This document shows, piece after piece, positions 18,245 to 26,530 of a DNA stretch of 64,000 bases. How positions within the stretch are numbered: position 1 is the first letter of the stretch; each line of letters starts with the position of its first letter. Below the pieces are notes generated by a model. The model was not told where the DNA came from and ran no database searches. It saw only the letters and a list, made by a program, of their open reading frames with translations. The DNA is from a virus. The stretch spans positions 6,147 to 70,146 of the IMG/VR virus record IMGVR_UViG_3300009176_000002. One strand, 5' to 3'. A program made the translations under genes and the position numbers.

Positions 18245-18508
18245 ATGGCTGATGACGCCCCGAGCGCGCTCGACCTGATCTACGACCCGCTCAGTGTGCG
18301 CTCGTGGATCGCCCGCGAGCTGCCGACCCACCCGCCGACCGCCGACTGCCCCGACCTGGAGTGCCTGGTCTGCGGCGTGCGCGACTGCCCGCACGGCGAG
18401 CCGCTGCACTACCACCACGACGGCTGCCCGGCGGGCTGGACGTGTCCGCGCAAGGCACCGGGCGCGGAGCACTGCGCCTGCCGGCCGGCGGACGAGCCGC
18501 AGCCATGA
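18245..18508 (+). CDS. Cys/His-rich small protein
   Basis: CLVCGVRDCPHGEPLHYHHDGCP; GAGGAGG RBS. Confidence 0.65.
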   Translation: MADDAPSALDLIYDPLSVRSWIARELPTHPPTADCPDLECLVCGVRDCPHGEPLHYHHDGCPAGWTCPRKAPGAEHCACRPADEPQP

Positions 18509-18648
18509 TCAAGCGACTCGTCCTGGCCCTGCTGGTGGTGGCGCTGGCGCGGTGGTACTTCGACATCAGCGTGCTGGACTACCTGCGCGCCACCCTGCTG
18601 CCGCTCCTCCTGCCGCTCTGTGAGTTCGCCCACGTCAGCTGCTACTGA
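18505..18648 (+). CDS. Small membrane peptide
   Basis: MIKRLVLALLVVALARWYF...; ATGA overlap. Confidence 0.55.
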   Translation: MIKRLVLALLVVALARWYFDISVLDYLRATLLPLLLPLCEFAHVSCY

Positions 18649-18654
18649 GGCGCC

Positions 18655-18954
18655 ATGAAGCTCCGCGACGACGGACCCGACCCCCTGACCATCTACCGGG
18701 TGAACAAGTACCACACCGTCTACACGCTGCAGTCGCTCGACGGCGGCACGCGCACGGCGATCACGCGCGGAGGCCGGACGATCACCGTCAACATCGCCCT
18801 CGCGACGCTCAACCGTGCGTGGAATCGCTGGACGCAGCGGGACTATTCGGTGCGCGAGGCGTTCGCCTTCCTGACCTCGGCGGAACGCGAGTTCCTCGAC
18901 ACGGGCATCCTGACCGAGGACTGGCTGCCCACAGATGCCAGCTATCGGCGCTGA
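18655..18954 (+). CDS. Hypothetical protein
   Basis: AFAFLTSAEREFLDTGI motif common in small phage proteins. Confidence 0.65.
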   Translation: MKLRDDGPDPLTIYRVNKYHTVYTLQSLDGGTRTAITRGGRTITVNIALATLNRAWNRWTQRDYSVREAFAFLTSAEREFLDTGILTEDWLPTDASYRR

Positions 18955-19158
18955 GGACGCCCAGCTGCCCTGACCCCCAGGCGACCGGCTCCGCCCTCAG
19001 CCGGCCCGCCGCCGAGCCTGTCGCCTGCTCAGCCTCTTCAGCCTCCTCAGTCCCAGCGCCCTACCGTACCGGTACCTGTACGTACCTACAGTACCGATCG
19101 TACCTTGCGACGACCGCTCGACAACTTGCTAGACTCCGACCGCAGGAGGTAGCCACCG

Positions 19159-19659
19159 ATGCCGACCGTCCCGACCGCCCCGCCTGCCGATCGCTTCTAC
19201 GCCCGCCTGATCAAGTTCGAGCTGGCCTGCCCGAGCTGCGGCCACCTGTTCGCGTCCGACGACGAGGAGGGCGTGCGAGTCGTGGGCTCGATGGTGAAGA
19301 AGGGGCGGCAGCTCGCCCGCAAGCAGGGGCGCTCGGTCAAGCAGGCGCACCAACTGGTCTGGAACCCCCTCACACAGCGCCTACGATGCCCCAGGTGCCG
19401 CGGTCACTTCGTGGTGGGCCTGTTGGCCTTCCCCTCGCCTGGAGGCGGCAGACACGCCCCTGAGGCCCCTCCTGACGCCATCCAGACGATCGCCGAGCGG
19501 CGGCAGCTGCGCGCGGCGGGGGGTGGGTGGGTGGCCGAGGCGCCGTATCTCGGCCAGGCGGTCAATCACTACGTGCCGGCGGGGTGCAGCTGCCCGCCGA
19601 AGGGCTGGGCGGCGAGCTGCCCGGTGCACGCGAGCCAGGCGGGGCCGGACCCTGCCTGA
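19159..19659 (+). CDS. Zinc-finger hypothetical protein
   Basis: CPSCGH, CPRCRG, CSC...CPVH; AGGAGG RBS; TGcTAGACT -10 near 19127-19135. Confidence 0.65.
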   Translation: MPTVPTAPPADRFYARLIKFELACPSCGHLFASDDEEGVRVVGSMVKKGRQLARKQGRSVKQAHQLVWNPLTQRLRCPRCRGHFVVGLLAFPSPGGGRHAPEAPPDAIQTIAERRQLRAAGGGWVAEAPYLGQAVNHYVPAGCSCPPKGWAASCPVHASQAGPDPA

Positions 19660-19679
19660 TTCGCTTGCCACACGAAAAC

Positions 19680-19900
19680 CTTATACGACTCGGCGTATAT
19701 AGTTCAGTTTTATGCCCTTAGCAGGGTTAAGTCTCTCAGGCTCTAGGAGTACGGGGAAAGGACACGACTAGGACAAGGACACTAGATCAGGGGCTGATCA
19801 GGGTCGATAGGGACATTTTTCCGACCTCATGTACCATCTTGTACTATCTGTATATACGTCACTTACCCCCCACACACCCCCCACACACCCCCCCGCCTCA
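19680..19900. other. Putative replication origin
   Basis: Low-GC non-coding stretch next to the Rep-like gene with (A/G)GGACA x4, GATCAGGG x2, GTAC/TATA tract and C-rich tract. Confidence 0.4.
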
Positions 19901-19966
19901 ACGTTCACTGTTTCTTCGCTTTTTGGCGGCGGCTGGGGAGGGGACTTTCGCCCCCTCCCGGTGGCC

Positions 19967-20929
19967 TTACTGCACGACGACCCGGCGGTAGATCCCGTGT
20001 CGAGTCTTGTTGACCTTGCCGTCCTCGATGAGCTGAAGGAGTGACCGCTGCACGGTCTTGCGGGTGAGGGGGATCGCCTCGGCCAGTTCGACGATCGACT
20101 GAAGGGTCATTGGCTCGCCGTTCTCCGGCATGAGGTGCAGCACGCGCGTGCAGCTGCCCCGGTCGGCGCCGGTGTAGGGCAGGAACAGCCCGTGCTCGTC
20201 ACGTTCGAGCGGGAACAGCTCCGGTGGGGCTTCATGTGGGTGCCAGAGGAAGGCGAAGTAGGGCTTGTTGATCTCCTCGGGCGCGGCCAGATACATCTGG
20301 GTGTCGCCGAAGCCGAAGAGCGCGGCCGACCCCAGGATGGCATCCTGCAGGCGGAGGTAGCGGGCGTTCTTGTCGGTCTTCATCTTGCCGGAGTGGGCCG
20401 TCCCCAGGATGGTCAGGCCCCGGTCACGCATCCCCGCCCGCAGCTCCAGGCAGGCGACCGCGCAGGTGTCGTAGTCGACCAGCTGCCCACCGAGGAAGAG
20501 CCCGATCGGGTCGACCGCGACGACCCCGCCTGGCGCCAGCTTCAGCTTGTCGATGAAGTCGAGCAGGAGCTTGGTGCGGTCGAACTTCCGCCGCAAGCTG
20601 CGGGGGTCGAACTTCGGGTCGTCGACCATGCAGTAGCGCGCGATGTCGCCGTAGCCGACGCGCTCGAACCAGAAGCCCGCCCCGCGCGACCAGCCCCGGT
20701 CGCTGGCGATGATGCCGAGCCCTGAGATCGGGTTGGGCTGGTGGCCGAAGATGAGCCGCCCGTCGTGGAGGTCGCGCAGCAGCGTCGCAAGTAGGGCCGT
20801 CTTGCCTGTGCCAGCGGCGCCGGCAATGAGCGATACGCCGCCGAACGGGATGATGCGCGGGATGGGGTCGAGGGGAGTCGTGAGCGTGGGTTGACTTTCG
20901 GGCGGATCTGTGGTTCTGTTTTTAGTCAT
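19967..20929 (-). CDS. RepA-like AAA (AAA_25) helicase/ATPase with C-terminal winged helix
   Basis: GAAGTGKT, VAVDP, GTAHSGK, ILGSAALFG; C-terminal TRKTVQRSLLQLIEDGKV..TRHGIY. Confidence 0.75.
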   Translation of the reverse strand: MTKNRTTDPPESQPTLTTPLDPIPRIIPFGGVSLIAGAAGTGKTALLATLLRDLHDGRLIFGHQPNPISGLGIIASDRGWSRGAGFWFERVGYGDIARYCMVDDPKFDPRSLRRKFDRTKLLLDFIDKLKLAPGGVVAVDPIGLFLGGQLVDYDTCAVACLELRAGMRDRGLTILGTAHSGKMKTDKNARYLRLQDAILGSAALFGFGDTQMYLAAPEEINKPYFAFLWHPHEAPPELFPLERDEHGLFLPYTGADRGSCTRVLHLMPENGEPMTLQSIVELAEAIPLTRKTVQRSLLQLIEDGKVNKTRHGIYRRVVVQ

Positions 20930-21107
20930 CGACACGTCCTTCCTGTGGAGAGTGGGGAGAGCGGGCAGCTCGGGGATCAAGTCGCCCGCTCTTCCCCGTA
21001 GGAAGCGTCCCTTCTACCGCAGCCCTTTCCCCCAGATCAAGCCTCCCCGACCGCTAGCGGTGTGACCTCCCCTGTCACACTCCCGGTAGGGGTCTGCGCC
21101 TGACAGG

Positions 21108-21137
21108 TTGACAGCGACGCGTCTCTCCAGCTACGCT
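21108..21137 (+). promoter_or_regulatory. Sigma70-type promoter
   Basis: TTGACA-N18-TACGCT; inverted repeat GTGTGAC/GTCACAC just upstream (21060-21080). Confidence 0.55.
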
Positions 21138-21163
21138 GCGTGTCAGGAGTGAGAGACACGAAA

Positions 21164-21517
21164 ATGCTGAGTGAATACGTACGAGACGATGATCCGGACC
21201 TGACGATCAAGGACGCGTTCAAGGAGCGCCCAGGCAAGCCGCTCCACCTCCGGCTGCAGCCGATGATTCTCCGCAAGGACGGGCAATACCACGCCTGGCG
21301 ACGGGTGCGCTGGACCCTGGCGTGCGACTCGGCCGGCGAGGCGTTCGACGCCCGCGACCTGCTGCGCACCTTCTTCGACGCCCTGAACCGCTGCGGCCCC
21401 TCGACCCTCAAGCAGCTGCTGCTCGCGGCCAAGCACGAGGGCAGGCCCGAGGCGCGCGCCGTACCACCGACGACGACGACCACGCCACCAACCACCACCA
21501 CGACACCGGAGGACTAG
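21164..21517 (+). CDS. Hypothetical protein
   Basis: ORF downstream of the promoter; Thr-rich tail. Confidence 0.6.
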   Translation: MLSEYVRDDDPDLTIKDAFKERPGKPLHLRLQPMILRKDGQYHAWRRVRWTLACDSAGEAFDARDLLRTFFDALNRCGPSTLKQLLLAAKHEGRPEARAVPPTTTTTPPTTTTTPED

Positions 21518-21519
21518 AC

Positions 21520-22020
21520 ATGCACCTGAGTAACGCCATCCTCGGCAAGCACGCCGTCGACCACCTGCAGCAGACCGCCCGCGCGGCGGTCATCGAGATC
21601 GGGAGTGACAAGCTGACGCGGGCCGACCTGGCGCGCGTCGGCTGCTACAACTTCATGGCGGCGCGGATGCTGAGTGCGGTGCTGCACCGCGAGCTGCAGG
21701 TCAAGAATCTGCGGGAGGTCTACGAAACGATCCCGCCCTCGGCGCTGACGCTGCCGCGGCTGGGAGCGGTCAGTCTGGCGGTGCTCGGGGCGGCGTTCGA
21801 GGCGAGGAAGCTGGGCGACCTGGAGAGCTACGTCAAGCGGCACCTGGCGGCCGAGCAGCAGGTCACGACCTGGCACACCATGAAGGCGCACGAGGCCGCA
21901 GAGGTCGCGCGTGAGCGGAAGGAGAAGCGGGCCAGGAAGGAGAAGCGGCGGGGCAAGGCCCACGAGCTACGGGTGGCGCGGTTTGAGCAGCGGCAACCGC
22001 AAATGGCGGTGGCAGGCTAG
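21520..22020 (+). CDS. Hypothetical protein with possible HhH / RNAP alpha-CTD-like segment
   Basis: GGAGG RBS; LQVKNLREV...LTLPRLGAVSLAVL. Confidence 0.6.
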   Translation: MHLSNAILGKHAVDHLQQTARAAVIEIGSDKLTRADLARVGCYNFMAARMLSAVLHRELQVKNLREVYETIPPSALTLPRLGAVSLAVLGAAFEARKLGDLESYVKRHLAAEQQVTTWHTMKAHEAAEVARERKEKRARKEKRRGKAHELRVARFEQRQPQMAVAG

Positions 22021-22073
22021 ACTATCGCGGACCTGCGGTGGTGCCGATAGCCGGCATCGAGGAGACGACGACG

Positions 22074-22754
22074 ATGCCGACGACGACACAGATGCTGGAG
22101 AAGGCGGAGGCGCTGGAGGCGCTCGCCAAGGCGATTCGCATGACGATCGCTGCGATGAACGGCGACCTGACCGAGCGCAAAGAGAAGCGGGTGGGCACGG
22201 TGATCGAGGAGGCCCTGGCGCTGCGGCGGGAGCAGCGTGGCCAGGGCGAGCCGGCCCCGCGTGCGACCAGGGCCACCCTCGACAGCCGCGTGGCGAGGAT
22301 TCGCACCTTCCTCGCCGAGGGGCCGAAGAAGACCCAGGACGTGCAGGAGTACCTGGCGGGGCACGGGGACGATGTGCCCCTCAGCCGCGATCGGGTGCGG
22401 CAGATGCTGCAGGAGATGCCCGACACCACACAGGTGGGCAAGACGGCCAAGGCGCGGTGGTCACTCAACGGCTCCGCTGAGCGTCCCATCGCCGCTCGCC
22501 CCGCCAGCCAGCCCAAGCCGAAGAAGAGGCCGCACAAGCCCGCCCCCAACGCCGCCCAGGTCAAGGAGAATCGCGTCTTCAGCGCCCAGCTGCTGGAGAA
22601 GTTCCCCAGGGGCACCGTGGTGACGACGAAAGACCTCCACGACATCGGGGTCGACCTCGCCGGGGTCCGCAAGCTGGGCGGGCTGTTCCGCCACGGCTAC
22701 CTGAAACGCAAAGGCGAGGGCTGGGTCCGCACCAGCAAGCCCTTCACCCCGTAG
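22074..22754 (+). CDS. Basic putative DNA-binding protein (winged-helix-like)
   Basis: GAGGAG RBS; IRTFLAEGPKKTQDVQEYL; LFRHGYLKRKGEGW. Confidence 0.6.
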   Translation: MPTTTQMLEKAEALEALAKAIRMTIAAMNGDLTERKEKRVGTVIEEALALRREQRGQGEPAPRATRATLDSRVARIRTFLAEGPKKTQDVQEYLAGHGDDVPLSRDRVRQMLQEMPDTTQVGKTAKARWSLNGSAERPIAARPASQPKPKKRPHKPAPNAAQVKENRVFSAQLLEKFPRGTVVTTKDLHDIGVDLAGVRKLGGLFRHGYLKRKGEGWVRTSKPFTP

Positions 22755-22887
22755 CCGCCCAGGATCGCGAGGATGACCGCGACCCAGCCCGATCGAGCTA
22801 GCCCGCCTGGCGACGCACCGCGCCGCCCGCCCCGGTCAGGTAGGGGGTTTGTCGCGCGCGGCCTTGACGAGAGCCACCAGGGTCATC

Positions 22888-23592
22888 TCAAAGCTCCCGA
22901 GAGCGGCGGCGGCGCCGATCGGGTCGCGCTCCTCTAGCGCTTTGTGGAGCCGGATGATCTTGGCCCACGTCGGCGTGGCCGGCGGCTTGCTGTGACCGCT
23001 GGTGGTTGGGGTGTGTCTCGCCGGCCGCCGCGCCGCCGCTTTGACTGGGCGTCGAGCCGCGAGGCGGGGGAAGCTCGGCGATGGTTTGCTCTCGGAGGGC
23101 GACGAAGTGGGACAGGAGGACGTGTAGATAGTTCCCGAGTTTGCGAAGGTACTCCTCCCGTTCCGCCATCGTGTCGAACATCGACGCACGCCGCACCTCC
23201 TTGTGGACATCGTAGTCATAGACCCGCGACTCTAAGTCCGCGCAGACGACACTGAGCGGCAGCCCGAACAGCTCCCGCGCCAACTTCTCGTAGTACACCC
23301 ACCCACTCTTCCGCCGCTTCTGCCCCAGCAAGTAACTGACCGCCGCTTGCGAGATGCCGAGGACCTTCGCGAGTTCGCGCTGCGACCAACGATGCCGCAC
23401 CAGCTGCTCGCGCACCATGTCGGCCAGCGCCGTCGACAACGTGAGCGGCGGCTCGTGTGGTGGCGGCGGCAGTGGCGGCAGCGCCAGCGCGGCGCGGGTG
23501 CGAGCGGTGATCGCGGCGGACGGACTCGAAGGGACAGCTGCCGAGGGAGAACGCCGCCGCCGTCGTGCGGGCGAGGACGTGTGTTTGCTCAT
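22888..23592 (-). CDS. XRE-family HTH repressor (CI-like)
   Basis: WSQRELAKVLGISQAAVSYLL; divergent from the Cro-like gene. Confidence 0.8.
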   Translation of the reverse strand: MSKHTSSPARRRRRSPSAAVPSSPSAAITARTRAALALPPLPPPPHEPPLTLSTALADMVREQLVRHRWSQRELAKVLGISQAAVSYLLGQKRRKSGWVYYEKLARELFGLPLSVVCADLESRVYDYDVHKEVRRASMFDTMAEREEYLRKLGNYLHVLLSHFVALREQTIAELPPPRGSTPSQSGGAAAGETHPNHQRSQQAAGHADVGQDHPAPQSARGARPDRRRRRSREL

Positions 23593-23643
23593 GACGGACT
23601 CGTGAATGTGTAGGGTGGCGAAGGGCGCTTCGCAGAGCGAAAG

Positions 23644-23845
23644 TATCACGGTATGTCATCACCCAGCAACCTCAGCGGGACCCTATCACACTATGTCATC
23701 ACCACCTATACAGCAAGTACTGTAGATCGCGTGGGTCGGTGGTGATGACTGGTAGTCAGTGGGACACGAGGGACAAACGAGCGGACGTCAGGGACTCCCC
23801 GACGTGTGTCGGGGATTGCCTCACAACCCATCACTTGACGTGATA
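23644..23845. promoter_or_regulatory. Immunity-region operators (23644-23661, 23684-23701, 23743-23760, 23829-23845)
   Basis: TATCAC-N5-GTCATCA x2, TGATGAC-N5-GTCAGT, CATCAC-N5-GTGATA; the last overlaps the -35 of TTGACG-N17-CACACT (23835-23863). Confidence 0.7.
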
Positions 23846-23900
23846 ACAGAATCTGTTCACACTGCGCCTTCGGGGAACGGAGAAGGGAGGTGCGGCGGCG

Positions 23901-24272
23901 ATGAGTAAGACACACACGCCGGTGCTGACCGGGCCGCCCCCGCGTGATCTGGCCGACTACCTGGTGCGACCGGGCAGCTTGAGCCAACGCGCGCTGGCAG
24001 CTCACGTCGGTGTCAATCAGTCATTCATCTCGATGGTGGCGCGCGGCCTGCGGGCGTGCCGGGGGGCTGTCGCTCAGCGCATCCATCGCTTGACCGGGGT
24101 GCCCGTTGCGGTGCTGGTGCAGATCACCAAGCCGCTCAAGAAGCACGCGGTTCGACTCTCTCGCGGCGGCGGCGGCGGCGCGCGTTCGACCCGGCGACGT
24201 TCAGCAACCCGAGGTGATTCCGATGACGACGCCGACGTCCTCTTCCGCACCGCTCACGCTCTGGCTCACTGA
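23901..24272 (+). CDS. Cro-like HTH protein
   Basis: LSQRALAAHVGVNQSFISMVARG; GGAGG RBS. Confidence 0.8.
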   Translation: MSKTHTPVLTGPPPRDLADYLVRPGSLSQRALAAHVGVNQSFISMVARGLRACRGAVAQRIHRLTGVPVAVLVQITKPLKKHAVRLSRGGGGGARSTRRRSATRGDSDDDADVLFRTAHALAH

Positions 24273-25590
24273 CCGCTCCCGCTTCAAGACCGGCACCTCC
24301 CGCTGCGCCCGGGCGCGCTACCTGGGCTACCACGCCACCGCGACCGGCTCCGGCTACGGCATGACGGCGAAGCGCGAGGCGCTGCCGCTGGTCACCGGCA
24401 TCGCCGTGCACCAGATCCTCGAAGGCTTCACGCGCGTCATGCAGCGCCACGATCGCCTGCCCGACATCGTCGAAACACGCGAGACCATCACCGCCATCAC
24501 CAACGACTACCTGGCGCGGGTCGAGTTACGCGGCTACCGTGGCATCCTCGGCGGCGCCCACACCGAGGAGACCATCGTCGAGCAGTGCGCGCTGATCGCG
24601 GGGCTGGCCTGGGCGCTGCGGCTGAAGTTTCTGCCGTGGCTGCACCAGGGTTACCGCGTGGTCAAGGTCGAGGAAGAGCGCCTGCACTACCTCAGCGACG
24701 ACAAGGCGATTATGCTGCGCACCGACTTACTCGCGCAGCGCCGCGGCGGGCAAAGCTTAGCCTACTTCGAGTGTAAGACCACCGGCTGGGAGAGCGAGGC
24801 GTGGGCCGAGCAGTGGGAGACCGACGCGCAGCTCTCGCTGGGCACGGTTGACGCGCGGGAGTTGTGGGGCGCCGAAGTCACGGAGTTATACATCGTCGGC
24901 TTGAACAAGGGCCGGCGGACACGGGACAAGTACGACGCTGACCAGCGCAAGAAGCAGATGTCGCCCCTGTGTTATGGCTACTGTCGCGAGGGTAACCCGC
25001 CGTTTGCGAGCGAGGACTGGCTGCCGGGGTATGAGTGGGTCACCGCCGACGGCGAAGTGAAGCGGGCGTCGCGGGCGCATCGACGCAAGGGCATCTGGCA
25101 CCTGGCGGAGAGTGACTGGCCGACCTGGCTGGCCTACAAAGGCCAGGACCCGGAGTTATCGGCGCAGGAGTTCTGGTTGCGGGGCGTGCTGCCGCCGAGC
25201 GTGCTCGATAAGGTGTGCTTCATCCTCGGGCCGATGAACCGCCAGGACCACCAGCTGCAGGTGCTGCTGCGTGGCTTCCAGGGCGAGGAGGAGCGCTGGC
25301 AGCAGGTGCTGTGGTCGCTCTATGAGATCCAGCAGCAGGGCCACAGCTGGGCGAGTGATGCCTTCCAGGCCGCGCTCGACGTGCTGGTGCCCTGCAGCTG
25401 GGCGTGCCGGCCGTTCGGCAAGGAGCATCAATGCGAGTTCGTCGGCATCTGTCACCGCCACCAGGGCTGGGATGACCCGCTGGCGAACGGGTATCAACCG
25501 AGGTTGCCGCACCACCAGCCCGAGTTAGACCAGGCGGTGGCGCGGGGGCTGCTGCCCGAGCAGGCGGAAGTGGTCGAGGAGGAGGAGTAA
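24223..25590 (+). CDS. PD-(D/E)XK exonuclease (RecB/Cas4-like)
   Basis: N-terminal CARARYLGY, GIAVH, RTDLL...ECKT, QL, C-terminal C..C...C...C. Confidence 0.8.
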   Translation: MTTPTSSSAPLTLWLTDRSRFKTGTSRCARARYLGYHATATGSGYGMTAKREALPLVTGIAVHQILEGFTRVMQRHDRLPDIVETRETITAITNDYLARVELRGYRGILGGAHTEETIVEQCALIAGLAWALRLKFLPWLHQGYRVVKVEEERLHYLSDDKAIMLRTDLLAQRRGGQSLAYFECKTTGWESEAWAEQWETDAQLSLGTVDARELWGAEVTELYIVGLNKGRRTRDKYDADQRKKQMSPLCYGYCREGNPPFASEDWLPGYEWVTADGEVKRASRAHRRKGIWHLAESDWPTWLAYKGQDPELSAQEFWLRGVLPPSVLDKVCFILGPMNRQDHQLQVLLRGFQGEEERWQQVLWSLYEIQQQGHSWASDAFQAALDVLVPCSWACRPFGKEHQCEFVGICHRHQGWDDPLANGYQPRLPHHQPELDQAVARGLLPEQAEVVEEEE

Positions 25591-25593
25591 GTC

Positions 25594-25970
25594 ATGCCGC
25601 GCCCCACCTACCTCCCGATCTGTGACGACCGCGCCGAGGTCGAGCGCCACCGCTGGCCCGATGACTGGAGCGACGGCGACACCTGTCACTGCGGCAAGTT
25701 CTACCTGCGGCACGGCACGAGGGACGACGGTTTCGGGATGGAGCTGGAGCGCACGCCGCGGAGGGAGGAGTGATGCTGGTCACGCCGACACTCAAGCTGG
25801 TCTTCCACCACATCAACTGCCCAGAGCCTACGCGGGGAGACCGGGACCCCATCTTCGAGCTGAAGCACAGAGAGGCAGGACGCGGCGTCTTCCACTGCAG
25901 TGCTTGTAGCACCCAGGTCCTCGTGGAGGTGTTCGAGCGCGTCGATGCCAAGAAACGGACGGTGCAGTGA
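25594..25970 (+). other. Two small Cys-containing ORFs (25594-25773, 25770-25970)
   Basis: RBSs GGAGG/GAGGAG, coupled; CHCG and CSAC motifs. Confidence 0.55.
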
Positions 25971-26530
25971 TGAGCCCGGTCGGAGGAAGCAGGCACTATC
26001 AAGGCGCTGGGCTCGGCCAGGTCGGGCTGTGGGGCTGCCCCAGCTGCGGCGCCGATAACGCCGGGCCGCTGGAGCAGGGCTGCACCAGCTGCGGCGCCGG
26101 ACGCCCAGCGCCACGCCCACCCGAGCCGCCGACGCCACCTATCCCGCGGGTAAGTCAGCGCGAGCCGGATGACCCGACCTACACGCTGGGCACCGACGTG
26201 CTGCGGCTGTGGCGCGAGTGGGACCAGCAGTATCCCGACGCCACGACCGAGATGGCCTACACGGCGGGCTACGTCGCCGGGATGCGCGCCGCGCTACGCG
26301 CCCAGGTCGCCCAGCACCGCGCCCACCAGCAGGCGCTACCGTCCGAGATGAGTTACACCGGGGAGGGCAAGATGACCCGCACCATCATCGCCGCACTCAG
26401 CCTGTTCCGCGACCAGGTGCTGGTCGAGAAGCCCGAGGAGGTCACGAGCGGCGAATGGCTGAGCGCCGCCGAAGTCGACTCACTCATTCGCCGTCTGCAG
26501 CTGGAAACGCAAGAGGTCACCAATGCCTGA
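25967..26530 (+). CDS. Zinc-ribbon hypothetical protein
   Basis: WGCPSCG...CTSCGAGR. Confidence 0.65.
   Translation: MMSPVGGSRHYQGAGLGQVGLWGCPSCGADNAGPLEQGCTSCGAGRPAPRPPEPPTPPIPRVSQREPDDPTYTLGTDVLRLWREWDQQYPDATTEMAYTAGYVAGMRAALRAQVAQHRAHQQALPSEMSYTGEGKMTRTIIAALSLFRDQVLVEKPEEVTSGEWLSAAEVDSLIRRLQLETQEVTNA

Noticed and set aside
24223-25590. Cas4 of a CRISPR system
   Set aside because: The context (Sak4-like ATPase, SSB candidate) indicates a phage recombination exonuclease
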